A stretch of 64,000 nucleotides of DNA from Rubrobacter sp. (GTDB taxonomy: Bacteria > Chloroflexota > Chloroflexia > Thermobaculales > Thermobaculaceae), in assembly GCA_016781735.1 (NCBI GenBank), contig JADDPT010000016.1, positions 6,554 to 70,553 on the forward strand. Reading direction: 5' to 3'. The translations under genes were made by a program, and so were the position numbers. This document shows positions 35,745-45,544 of the stretch, piece after piece; position 1 is the first letter of the stretch, and each line of letters begins with the position of its first letter. The notes under the pieces were generated by a model. It did not search any database, was not told where the DNA came from, and saw only the letters and a list, made by a program, of their open reading frames with translations.

Positions 35745-35985
35745 GCCTCCTAAAACAAGAACAGCCCCCGCCCTCGAATGAGGACGAAAGGCTGTTTGCT
35801 TCCGCGGTACCACCTCGGTTGACCAGCTCACGCCGGCCCGCTCGAATGGCGTTATAACGGTCGCCAACCGTCGCCGGCTCTGCGCCACGCGGCACCTTTA
35901 CCGGCGCGCTCCCGGGCGAGTTCGACGCTCTCTCCGCCCCTCTCGCGGACTGCGAGACTCACACCCCGTGTCCCGCTCTCTGTGA
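35745..35985 (-). promoter_or_regulatory. T-box leader (Leu, specifier CUC) with intrinsic terminator
   Basis: The minus strand carries AGAGAG in the Stem I region, then GAA-CUC-G (specifier at 35918-35920). The conserved T-box core GGTGGTACCGCG lies at 35803-35814. A terminator stem AACAGCC..GGCTGTT plus CTTGTTTT sits immediately before the leuS Shine-Dalgarno. Confidence 0.8.
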
Positions 35986-36039
35986 GGGCGCGCCTACTGC
36001 TCCCGATCAACGCTTGTTCTATTGTGCGATGCTTGCGGG

Positions 36040-36112
<73 letters not shown>

Positions 36113-36122
36113 GCCGGAGTAG

Positions 36123-36152
36123 ATTATACGGGCCGTTCGGGAGCAGTGTCAA
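36123..36152 (-). promoter_or_regulatory. sigma70-type promoter for tRNA-Ala
   Basis: The minus strand reads TTGACA-18 nt-TATAAT, ending about 10 nt upstream of the tRNA 5' end. Confidence 0.65.
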
Positions 36153-36455
36153 TCGGCTGAATCTCCTGCCAGATACGCACCTAAACCGGGCGTGGAAGAG
36201 AGGGTCGAGGCCGATCGCAAAGTGCCCTCTACGGGTTGGGACGCCTGCACAGTCACATATAATTCCTTCCTCGCTACACATACCATCAGGTCCGGGCACT
36301 ACGCCAGATGCGGAGCCAGTGGCACCGCACTTCCCCGCTCGAAACCTTATACTAGAGGCTAAGTGAGGCCATAGGACTCACCTAACAGTGCTTCACCGAA
36401 TAATCTCCGACAGGCACCACGACCGCGGACGAAGTACGAGCGGAAGATGGAGTAG

Positions 36456-39253
36456 ATGGATTCGACGTACAATTACCTGAGTCTACAGCAGATTCTGGAT
36501 CGTCGGCGCAACCAAGAGGTGTTCATCGGAAGGCACGAGTATGTCAGCTTGTTCCGACGCAACCTCGCGCTAGACCTGCTTGATCCGCAGCGCCTCTTTG
36601 TATTTTCCATCTCTGGTCAAGCGGGCGTCGGCAAGACTTGGCTGCTGCGGCGCTTCCGCGAAATCGCCAGAGACGCTGGCGCATTGGTCGCACTTACAGA
36701 TGAAACCCATGAAGACCTGCTCGCCGTCATGCACAGCATATCGTCCCAGGTTGGTCCCGACCCGGAGGCATTCCAAGAGTTCACTGAGCAACTCAGTCTC
36801 TACAGGCGGCGACGGCACGAACTGGAGGCGGACCCGGAGGCGACTCAGCAGTTCGGGAACGCGTGGGTCAGAACGCTTGCCAAAGGTAGTGTAAAGGCGG
36901 GCCGACGTATTCCAGGTGCGGGCATATTGTTCGACTTCGTCAGCGAGGAACGGCGAGTTCTCGCGCCGACGAATGGGCTGCCTTTGTCGCCCGCAAGCTT
37001 GCTGGCAAGCCAAACGAGGTGATCCTGGTGCAGGAGCCAGTCCAAGTTCTCACCCCGCTCTTCCTCCAAGGTCTCCGCCGGAGCGTCGGCGGTAGTACCC
37101 TCGCGCTCTTCTTCGACACCTACGAGCGTACCGCTGCTTACCTCGACAGATGGATACGCGACGTGCTGAGCGGACAGTATGGGATAGTGCCCGGCAAAAT
37201 CGTGATTTCGATAGCTGGCCAACATGAGCTGCGGCGAAACCACTGGGAGCCACACGAAAGAATTGTGGCACGTCTACGGCTAGACCCTTTCACTCCCGAG
37301 GAGGCTCGTGAATACCTCACTCATAAAGGAGTGGCCAACCCGGAAGTGATAGACACAATTCTGCAGCTATCCGGTCGTGTCCCGGTCCTCGTGGCAACAC
37401 TCGCAGCCGGGAATCCCACTGATGCTGCTGAGGTCGGCGACCCCACCGGCACGGCTGTCGAGCGCTATCTGAAGTGGGTCGACGATGCCAAACAGCGGCA
37501 ATTAGTGCTCGACGCTTCCCTTCCCCGCAAACTAAATCGCGATGTCGTGGGAATACTCACAGGTGATCACGATGGTCCTGCGCTATTCGAATGGCTAAGG
37601 GGAATGCCCTTCTGCCAGGACCGGGGCGCTGAAGCGGCGGGATGGACATACCACAGCCTGGTACGTGCTCAGATGTTGCGGTACAAGTACCGTGAGGCAC
37701 CACGCAGTTGGGGCGAAAGTCATTCTCGACTAGCGGAATACTACGACTGTCTTCGCGAGAGTCTGCAACTGTCCGAGCAGGAAGGTCTGCGCGATGCCAG
37801 CTTTCAGAGCTACCTTCTAGAATCGCTATACCACCGCCTATGCCAAGCACCACATAAGTGCCTGTCCATCAGCCTGAACCATTTTCTAACCGCATTCTCA
37901 ACCGATCGCTCGTTGGCCCGTCGGGTGGCGATAACTATTTCCGACGCAGGTGCTGACGCTGCTAACCCGGAGTTACGCGAGTGGGGAGGCCGGCTCCTGA
38001 ATGGTACCGATGCCTACCAGCAGCAGGATGGCGCGAACGCCATCCGGATGTTTACTGCATTACTAGAGGGTCAAGCACTGCATCCGCAACAGCGCTCCAT
38101 AGCACTCGGCCGACGCGGTCATTTGTACCGAGAAACGGGTCAGTATGAAAAAGCCCTACTGGATCTCGATGAGGCTCTCCGTATCGAGCCTGATGAGATG
38201 CGCCATCTGCGGGTTCGGAGTCTGACATTTTCTGAATTGGGGCAGCACGACCGAGCTCTGGCGGATCGACACAAGGCGATGACAACTAAACCGGACGATG
38301 CCGACTTACTAGCAGACCGTGCCAGGGAATATCGAGCGTTGGGCCGGTATGACGATGCCGTCGCCGACCTCGACCGCGCGCTGGAGATCGATCCCAGGTA
38401 CGCGTGGGCGCTGAGCATGCGTGGGAATGTGTACTCTCTGCTGGGCCGGTACGAGGAGGCGCTCATCGATCTTACCAGCGCGCTGGAGATCGATCCTACG
38501 GACGTCCTTGCACGTATCAGGCGTGCCGTGGTCTATCAACGGCTGGGCCGGTACGAGGAGGAGCTCCAAGATCTCACGAATTTGCTGGAGATAGGGCCCA
38601 ACTACTGCGCATTCCATAGTTTGCGTGGGAGAGTGCTATCTGACCTGGGCCGGTATAAGGAGGCCCTCTCCGATTTCACCAGCGCGCTGGAAGCCGATCC
38701 CAGAGATGACTCAGCGCTTGCCAACCGCGGGCGGTGTTATCATTTGATGGGCCGGTACGAGGAGGCGCTCGTCGATCTAACTAGCGCTGTCGAGATCAAT
38801 CCTCAGTCCGCTTGGTCCGTAGGCCAGCGCGCTCAAACCTACTTGGTATCAGGGAAGTTCCAGCCTGCCTTGTCTGACATCAATCAAGCCCTAGGTCTTG
38901 TGCCGAACGATCGATTTTTTCGCTATGTACGTGCATTAATCTACAGGATACTTGGCTCTCCGGAGATGGCGGATCGAGAACTTGAGGCTGCTCTCCGAAT
39001 CGCTAGGGAGGACTACGACCGCGATCGCAGTGATTGGCCCGCTGCTATTTGTGTAGCGCTGTTCCAGCTAGCAGATGGAGATTCAAGTGCAGCGCTGGAC
39101 ACGTATCAAGAAGCCCTCGATCGCGGGTGTCCCGTCGGATTTGTACTGGAAGCTACCCACTATCTCACCGACTTCATAAATCTCTTTCCAGACACCGACA
39201 ATGCCACTTCCATTCGCGAGCGGCTTCAAGACTATACAGCCGACCGGTTGTAG
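36456..39253 (+). pseudogene. STAND (NB-ARC/AAA-type) NTPase with C-terminal TPR array, split by a frameshift
   Basis: ORF1 (36456..37022) carries Walker A (SGQAGVGKTWLL). ORF2 (37019..39253) carries Walker B (LALFFDTYE), an NB-ARC-like helical region and at least 9 TPR units. The ORF2 frame stays open upstream and reads ADEWAAFVARKLAGKPNE, so the frame switch lies near 36945-36975. Confidence 0.75.
38341..38850 (+). repeat. intragenic tandem repeat, 102-nt period (TPR units)
   Basis: GGGCCGGTA(C/T)(G/A)A(G/C)GA... recurs at 38341, 38443, 38545, 38647 and 38749, exactly 102 nt apart. It encodes LGRY(E/D/K)EAL.DL..ALEIDP. Confidence 0.85.
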
Positions 39254-39373
39254 TGGTCCATGGGACACGCTTACTCTCGATAACTTAGGTTTACACCATC
39301 GCCTTCGTTGGCATACTCGTTCTCGCGGGTTGCCTGGAACTGTAATCGCCAGCCACTTACCAGGAGAGCCGCC

Positions 39374-40069
39374 TTGCGCTTCGACATCTTCACCACCCTG
39401 CCACAGATGTTCAACGGTCCGCTCACCGAGAGTATCCTCAAGCGCGCCGTGCAGAAGGGGTTGCTTGATATCCGCCTGCACGACATCCGCCTCTGGGCCA
39501 CGGACAAGCACCATACTACGGATGACTACCCCTACGGCGGCGGGGCGGGCATGGTGATGAAGCCGGAGCCCATCTTCGCGGCAGTGGAGGAGGTCGTTGG
39601 CGCGACACGCGAGGAGCGCGGCGACACACCGATCATACTGCTCGGCCCCGGCGGCGAGGTCTTCAACCAGCGGCTGGCGGAGGACCTAGCCCGATTACCG
39701 CGCCTCGCGCTAATCTGCGGGCACTACGAGGGGGTGGACGAGCGCGTGCGCGAGCACCTGGCTACCCGTGAGCTATCCATCGGAGACTACGTACTGAGCG
39801 GGGGGGAGGTAGCCGCCATGGTTGTAGTGGACGCTGTCTCGCGACTGGTGCCCGGGGTTATAAAGGCGGAGTCGAGGCAGGATGAGTCCCACACCTCAGG
39901 TCTGCTGGAGTACCCGCACTACACCCGCCCCGCAGTCTTTAGAGACATGCCTGTACCGGACGTGCTGATCGGCGGCAATCACGGGGCAGTGGATAGATGG
40001 CGCCGGGAGAAGGCGCTCGAGCGAACCCGGCGGCTCCGGCCCGACCTGGTGGCGAGGTGGGAGGAGTAA
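39374..40069 (+). CDS. trmD: tRNA (guanine37-N1)-methyltransferase TrmD
   Basis: [11 protein letters not shown] start and the [13 protein letters not shown] and [10 protein letters not shown] motifs. The TTG start at 39374 follows AGGAGA. The upstream part of the track ORF was rejected. Confidence 0.9.
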   Translation: MRFDIFTTLPQMFNGPLTESILKRAVQKGLLDIRLHDIRLWATDKHHTTDDYPYGGGAGMVMKPEPIFAAVEEVVGATREERGDTPIILLGPGGEVFNQRLAEDLARLPRLALICGHYEGVDERVREHLATRELSIGDYVLSGGEVAAMVVVDAVSRLVPGVIKAESRQDESHTSGLLEYPHYTRPAVFRDMPVPDVLIGGNHGAVDRWRREKALERTRRLRPDLVARWEE

Positions 40070-40083
40070 GAGGGCAGCTGAGG

Positions 40084-40953
40084 CTAGATCGCCTCTATGC
40101 GCCTGACGACGTCCGCTATCACATCGTCCGGCGTGGACGCTCCAGCAGTCACTCCCGCGAGCTTGTGTCCCTCGAACCACTCGGGACGGATCTCCTCCGG
40201 CCACTCGATGTGGTGAGTCTCCAGCCCCTCCTCGAGGCTGAGCTCGGCCAGGTGGCGCGTATTCGCGGAGTCGTGCCCGCCGACAACGATCATTATGTCC
40301 ACCTCTTGAGCGAGGTCGAGCACGGCGCTCTGCCGATCCAGAGTCGGCTCACAAATCGTGTTGTGAATCTGCACCTCACGGAAGTCGTCTGGCAGAAGCC
40401 GCATCAGGTCGGCGACAAAGCTCTTGAAGCGGTCCGCCGGCTGGGTGGTCTGCGAGACGATCGAGACCCGCCGGGGCACTCGCTTCCCTGAGCGCGAGAG
40501 CCCGATCAGGCGTGGCACCAGCTCTTCCGCGTCTGTGCTGACGAGCGCCGTGTTATCCGTCCACCCCACGATGCCACGCACCTCCTGGTGCCTGTGGTCA
40601 CCGAACACCACCAGTTGGTGCCCCTGCTTGTGCAGGTCCATCGCGATCTTCTGCACCTTAGTGACGAGCGGACACGTGGTGTCTATCAGGCGAAGTCCCC
40701 TGCTCTGAGCCTCGGCTATCTGCTGCGGAGACGAGCCGTGCGCCGTGATCGTAAGCGTACCGCCGGAGGAGTCGGAAACCTCCTGCAACATTCCCACGCC
40801 ACGCCTCTTGAGATCCGCGACTACCTGAGGGTTATGCACAAGCGTGCCGAGCGTATCCACCCCCCGGCTGTCCTCACCGAGGTCGTCGAACAGCTTCAGC
40901 GTGCGCTTCACCCCGAAGCAGAATCCCATCTCTCGCGCGAGCTCTACTTGCAT
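40084..40953 (-). CDS. ispH: 4-hydroxy-3-methylbut-2-enyl diphosphate reductase
   Basis: GFCFGVKR, a TCPLVTKV-type motif and SANTRHL, as in LytB/IspH. Confidence 0.92.
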   Translation of the reverse strand: MQVELAREMGFCFGVKRTLKLFDDLGEDSRGVDTLGTLVHNPQVVADLKRRGVGMLQEVSDSSGGTLTITAHGSSPQQIAEAQSRGLRLIDTTCPLVTKVQKIAMDLHKQGHQLVVFGDHRHQEVRGIVGWTDNTALVSTDAEELVPRLIGLSRSGKRVPRRVSIVSQTTQPADRFKSFVADLMRLLPDDFREVQIHNTICEPTLDRQSAVLDLAQEVDIMIVVGGHDSANTRHLAELSLEEGLETHHIEWPEEIRPEWFEGHKLAGVTAGASTPDDVIADVVRRIEAI

Positions 40954-40998
40954 ATGTGCCGACCGTCCTCCCGAGAGTGCTTGCCCCTAGCTGCTTCC

Positions 40999-41028
40999 AG
41001 CATAGCACCGGGCTTGTCGGAAGGTCAA
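40999..41028 (-). promoter_or_regulatory. candidate promoter for ispH
   Basis: The minus strand reads TTGACC-18 nt-TATGCT, directly downstream of the HU terminator. Confidence 0.4.
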
Positions 41029-41029
41029 C

Positions 41030-41063
41030 GCAAAGAAGGCCCGGGAGCGCTGCTCCCGGGCCC
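41030..41063 (-). terminator. Rho-independent terminator after the HU gene
   Basis: The minus strand reads GCCCGGGAG-CAGCG-CTCCCGGGC followed by CTTCTTTGCGTT. Confidence 0.6.
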
Positions 41064-41074
41064 CGTCAACTGTC

Positions 41075-41344
41075 CTATTTGCTCATCTTGAAGCTGACCC
41101 GCTGCCCCTCGGGGATGTCGATCTCCTCGCCCGTACGCGGGTTACGTCCCCTGCGGGCCTCACGCTTCGTCACCTTGAACGAGCCGAAGCCTCTGAGGTT
41201 GATGCTCTCGCCGTTAGAGAGCGCAGTCCGCATCTCGCCAAGAGCCTCGTCAATGACCTTCTGCACATCGGCCTTCTTGACGTCTGTCTTCTCGGATACT
41301 GCATTGACTATCTCAGTCTTGCCTGGCATTCTCACTCCTCCCAT
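41075..41344 (-). CDS. hup: HU family DNA-binding protein
   Basis: 89 aa with the GFGSFKVTKREARRGRNPRTGEEI arm motif. Confidence 0.92.
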   Translation of the reverse strand: MGGVRMPGKTEIVNAVSEKTDVKKADVQKVIDEALGEMRTALSNGESINLRGFGSFKVTKREARRGRNPRTGEEIDIPEGQRVSFKMSK

Positions 41345-41418
41345 AAACGCCGCTCTGGGTCTCGGGCGACACTGGCGGCTCGGCGTCGGGCCGGATTATA
41401 ACACAAGCTGTTTTACGG

Positions 41419-41718
41419 TCAAGGCGTGTAGCCGGGAGTAGTCGGGGCGTCCTGGCCTGGAACGCCCGCAGGCTTGTCATCGTCCTGCTCGCTCGTTCCT
41501 TGCCGCGCTGCCCGGCCGGCTATGCCCTCCTGCTCCACCGATACGTCGCGCAACTCGTTGGAGTACTCCTCGTCTCCACCCATGCCCGTGCCAAGATCTC
41601 CACCGGGCACCGAACCGCTCTGTCCATGCTCCGCGCCGGAAACGGCTCCTAGGCTCGAACCCGAGCCCCGTTGCGCGCCGTCTGTGCCTCCCGCCGGGAC
41701 CTCTCGCTCCTCAGACAT
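41419..41718 (-). CDS. hypothetical Gly/Asp/Glu-rich, probably disordered protein
   Basis: ATG 41718 lies 7 nt after GGGAGGG. Composition is low-complexity and acidic, with no recognised domain. Confidence 0.35.
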   Translation of the reverse strand: MSEEREVPAGGTDGAQRGSGSSLGAVSGAEHGQSGSVPGGDLGTGMGGDEEYSNELRDVSVEQEGIAGRAARQGTSEQDDDKPAGVPGQDAPTTPGYTP

Positions 41719-41842
41719 TAGCAATCCCTCCCTGGCTTATCTGCATCGACGTCGCGCCCAGGTCGCAAGATAAATGCCAGTCAGGGCCTGGCATTGTACC
41801 TGCGTTCATGCTCCCGACTCTCGCTCACACAGGAGGTTTCCC

Positions 41843-42706
41843 ATGGCCTACCGGCCCTCGACATTCTCCATCGTCGCGTGGGACGCGGACCACGGAGAGC
41901 TAGGCGTTGCGACGCAAAGTAAGTTCCTGGCTGTCGGCAGTGTGGTGCCGTGGGCGAAGGCGGGCATCGGTGCAATTGCAACACAGTCCTGGGCAAACAC
42001 CTCATACGGACCAAGGGGACTCCAGTTGCTGGAGCGCGGAGCCGAACCGGAAGAAGCTCTCTCCATGCTCCTCGCTGACGACCCGCAGCGCGAGTCTCGG
42101 CAGGTGGGCATAGTTGACACCAAAGGCCGTGCAGCGACTTTCACGGGCTCAGATTGCTTTGCGTGGGCTGGAGGCCGAACCGGCCCCGGCTACGCCTGCC
42201 AGGGCAACATCCTAGTGGGAGAGGAGACAGTGAATGCACTGGCCAAGACCTTTGAGGCTACCGCAGGAGAAGAACTCGCCGAGCGCTTGGTGCGATCGCT
42301 GCAAGCAGCCCAGGCAGCCGGTGGCGACAGTCGCGGACAACAGAGCGCGGCCCTCGTGGTTGTCAAGCTCGCGGGCGGCTACGGTGGCTTCAATGACCGC
42401 TACCTAGACCTGCGTGTGGACGACCATACCCAGCCAATTGAGGAGCTAGCCCGCCTCCTGAAACTTCACAAGCTCTACTACCCTCGGCCGGACGAGCCCA
42501 CTGTGCCCCTGCATGGTGAGGGTGCGCGCGAGCTTGGAGCGGGTCTCCAGAAGCTCGGATATCTTCAGGGTTACGACGAGCGAGCGATTGAGGATGCCCT
42601 TCGCAGGTTCAGTATGACGGAGAACCTGGAGGAGCGCCTTCGCGACGATGGTAGGGTCTACGCCGCCGTCCTAGAGTACGTCTCGATGAAGGCCGGGGAA
42701 GCGTAG
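41843..42706 (+). CDS. DUF1028 (Ntn-hydrolase-like) protein with a C-terminal putative peptidoglycan-binding domain
   Basis: The TFSIVAWDADHGELGVATQSKF N-terminus is typical of DUF1028. The C-terminal ~60 aa (LGYLQGYDERAIEDALRRF) resemble PG_binding_2. ATG 41843 follows AGGAGG. Confidence 0.65.
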   Translation: MAYRPSTFSIVAWDADHGELGVATQSKFLAVGSVVPWAKAGIGAIATQSWANTSYGPRGLQLLERGAEPEEALSMLLADDPQRESRQVGIVDTKGRAATFTGSDCFAWAGGRTGPGYACQGNILVGEETVNALAKTFEATAGEELAERLVRSLQAAQAAGGDSRGQQSAALVVVKLAGGYGGFNDRYLDLRVDDHTQPIEELARLLKLHKLYYPRPDEPTVPLHGEGARELGAGLQKLGYLQGYDERAIEDALRRFSMTENLEERLRDDGRVYAAVLEYVSMKAGEA

Positions 42707-42754
42707 TATCTGCCTCTTCCCCGACACTTCACATGGGAATCTGCGTGGCGGCCA

Positions 42755-45361
42755 CTACTCCACCGTGAACAACCTGCCGGTCGGATAGTACGCCGTGTTA
42801 TTACCGGCGCGGTCGGTCGCATAGAGGTTCCACCGGTATGTGCCGGGCGGCGCGGCGGAACCATCGGCGAGCGTGCCGTTCCACGACACCGACTGGGTGC
42901 CTGCATCCTGATACGTCCGTCGCAGCACCTCCACGCGCCGGCCTCCGGATCCCGTAACCACGACGGTCACAGCGCTGCGCTCGCTCAGGTTGTACGTAAG
43001 CTTGTATGGCCCGGTTCCAGACGCGGTAGCCGGTAGCACTGTCGGTCTGGTCACGTCCATCCCTATCGCGCCTCTACGCGTGAGACCAGGGTTCGCGGCC
43101 GCGTCCGAGTACAACAGCTGATAGGCGTACGCCCCTTCCGGCACCAAAATCCCGCTATTATTCCTGCCGTCCCACACGGCGCCGACCGACATCCCGTTAC
43201 CGCGCAGCGTACGAATCAGTGTACCCGCCGAGTTCCTTATCTCAATGCGCCAGTTGACCGGCTCTGAGAAGGTGCTGCTGATGCGCGATGTATCCTGGAT
43301 GCCGTCGCCGTTGGGAGAGATGAATGCCGGTGTTCTGCTAACAGTGCCCACGCTAGGCGGTGTCACGTCCACCCGCAGAGGCACGATGGCCTCCCTCACC
43401 GCGCCGGCGTCATTCTTCGCCAGTATCCTCAACTGGAACGAACCTTCCGGCAGAGTCTGATTCGTGCGAAGCACGTAATCGTAATAGGTGGCCGCCAGGG
43501 CGGTCTTCTGAAGGTCCGTTCCAACAGCGGTCCATCCGCGGATCGTTCGTACCCACTCACCCGATGCTGTATATAGCTCCACCTTGACCTTTTGCGCGGA
43601 GGTAACGCGATACTGTATCGACGCGCTGTCGTTCTTCCCGTCCCCGTTGGGACTGACCACGGAAGGAGTTACAGTCACATCTCGTATAACCCCACCCGTA
43701 GTGTCCTCCGCGCCGCTGGACACGAAGGATACGTTCGTGTCGCCCTGCCGCGCTATGACGGCGCTGACCTCTTCCTGGTTGAGGCCAACCCACCACGTTC
43801 CGGACGTAGCCCGCGGCACAGTGACGTAGCCGGTGACGACACGGCTCTGACCGGGCAGCAACGCAGCGCCGATGCCCCATCGGTACGGTCCAATGCTCCC
43901 TGTCGGATCGTCCGTGCGATCCAGGAGCAAGCGGTACTTGCCCGGCACCTTGGCATACCCTCGCGCCGACCAAGTCTCCGTCTCGGCGTAAACAGTCGAC
44001 GGGTAGGGTGCCTGGGTCTCCATCAAACCTGTACCGGCGTTACGCAGCCGTACTTCCACGCGTGCGGCCTTGCCGGCATTCAGTTTGGACGGACTGACCG
44101 TCACCTCGGTTATCTCCGGCTTGGGTACTGGCGTGTACCCCATCAGTGCCGCAACGTTCTTACGTATCTCACCGAAGCGGTTATAGAGATACGGGCCGGG
44201 ATCAACGTGAGTGTTGCTGCACCGCTGCTCTGCGGTCGGCATGTTGCTCGCGTCTACATGAGCCATGATGTTGTTGGCGTCGCCCTTCGGACGGATGTTA
44301 GCCGCCATGAAGATACCCCGACCCAGCGGCGCGATACCCTTCCGGTCGAACTGCCACGCTATCACCCGCTCAAATGCTCGCACCATCGCATCCGACGGTG
44401 CTACCTTAGCGTGATCGCCAAGAGCGGCGATTCCGACCGAGCCCCAGTTGTAGCACAGGGTATGACCTGCGACCACGTTGTTGCCGCCGACGCGTCCCTC
44501 GTAGATTCGGCCCTGCTCGTCAATGAGGTAGTTGTAACCGATATCTCCCCAGCCCCTGGTGACCGCGTGGTAGTAGTAGATCGACCGCACCGTTGCAGCT
44601 GGGTTTGGATCGTTGTTTTTCGTGATCGTGTCATGAATGACCGCCTTGGTCACCTGCAGGTACTCGCGCTCCCAGATCTCCTTGCCCGAGGAGTCGAAGC
44701 GCAGCTTCTCATCCGCTCCCCAGTCTGCGCGGGAGATCACTGCGGGCTTCGACACGCCGAATGTCTGGTACGCACCCGAACTGCTCGCCTGAGCCTCCTG
44801 AGCGGTCGGCCCCGCTGTGGAGTCGATGTAAGTCAGCGTGACGTCGGCGACCCGCGGCCACCTTCCGCTAGGGGCCTGCGTCGTGACGACACGGTACTGA
44901 GCGTATCCCGACATGTCGCCCATAACTAGGGAGCCGAAGGAGCGGCCATCGCGATCTCGCTTGCCATCCTCATGGTCGCCCTCTACCTCCGTCCAATTGC
45001 GCCACGCCGTACCGTCAGGGCTCGTACGCACGAACACCTGGAGGGAGGCGCCCTCAGGCACAGACGCTTTCCAGTTCGGTCCGACCGCGTTGAACTGCTG
45101 GCCTGCTTCGTGCACTGGACTGGTGTATGTGCTCGCGGCTACGAGCTCACCGCCGTCGGCCTGGTGCTTCTTCGAGAGGTGAGTCCGGGGCTCCGGCCTC
45201 TGGATGGACGACAGCGTCGTTCGACCTCTACGCTGAAGGAAGGTCTCCTTCCACTCCGAGGCGACTGTGCCCTTCTTTTCGGGTTGGGCTGCGACTCCCG
45301 CGAGCGGCATGGAGCTGAGACAGGTTAGTACTATAGCAATAGCAAGTAGAATTCGGCGCAT
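42755..45361 (-). CDS. secreted N-acetylmuramoyl-L-alanine amidase (Amidase_2/PGRP) with FlgD-Ig-like repeats
   Basis: Signal peptide MRRILLAIAIVLTCLSS. The amidase core reads AVIHDT...YYHAVTRGWGDIGYNYLIDEQGRIYEGR. Repeated (V/I)SPNGDG(K/I)(N/Q)D modules sit at the C-terminus. Confidence 0.8.
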   Translation of the reverse strand: MRRILLAIAIVLTCLSSMPLAGVAAQPEKKGTVASEWKETFLQRRGRTTLSSIQRPEPRTHLSKKHQADGGELVAASTYTSPVHEAGQQFNAVGPNWKASVPEGASLQVFVRTSPDGTAWRNWTEVEGDHEDGKRDRDGRSFGSLVMGDMSGYAQYRVVTTQAPSGRWPRVADVTLTYIDSTAGPTAQEAQASSSGAYQTFGVSKPAVISRADWGADEKLRFDSSGKEIWEREYLQVTKAVIHDTITKNNDPNPAATVRSIYYYHAVTRGWGDIGYNYLIDEQGRIYEGRVGGNNVVAGHTLCYNWGSVGIAALGDHAKVAPSDAMVRAFERVIAWQFDRKGIAPLGRGIFMAANIRPKGDANNIMAHVDASNMPTAEQRCSNTHVDPGPYLYNRFGEIRKNVAALMGYTPVPKPEITEVTVSPSKLNAGKAARVEVRLRNAGTGLMETQAPYPSTVYAETETWSARGYAKVPGKYRLLLDRTDDPTGSIGPYRWGIGAALLPGQSRVVTGYVTVPRATSGTWWVGLNQEEVSAVIARQGDTNVSFVSSGAEDTTGGVIRDVTVTPSVVSPNGDGKNDSASIQYRVTSAQKVKVELYTASGEWVRTIRGWTAVGTDLQKTALAATYYDYVLRTNQTLPEGSFQLRILAKNDAGAVREAIVPLRVDVTPPSVGTVSRTPAFISPNGDGIQDTSRISSTFSEPVNWRIEIRNSAGTLIRTLRGNGMSVGAVWDGRNNSGILVPEGAYAYQLLYSDAAANPGLTRRGAIGMDVTRPTVLPATASGTGPYKLTYNLSERSAVTVVVTGSGGRRVEVLRRTYQDAGTQSVSWNGTLADGSAAPPGTYRWNLYATDRAGNNTAYYPTGRLFTVE

Positions 45362-45544
45362 TTCGAGGCCTCCGTGGTGAGTAGCTGCCGATTGGCGGGA
45401 TCAGGCACGAGGAGGGAACTCTGTCCCTCATCATGATTCTACTGAGGTGGCGTCGCCCATCGGAATAGTACTTTATGGGTCTATCAGTACGGACCGGGGT
45501 GGGACCAGCCGCGATCTGGAAGGCCCTTGGATAGGAGAAGGTTC

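Noticed and set aside
35740-35895. 52-codon N-terminal extension of leuS in the ORF track
   Set aside because: The extension is the T-box leader, with the T-box core and terminator inside it. ATG 35739 has a perfect AGGAGG Shine-Dalgarno and gives a normal LeuS N-terminus.
43592-44929. 445-aa plus-strand ORF
   Set aside because: It is entirely antisense to the well-supported Amidase_2 gene. It is Arg-rich with no recognisable motif and no Shine-Dalgarno. It is a high-GC antisense artefact.
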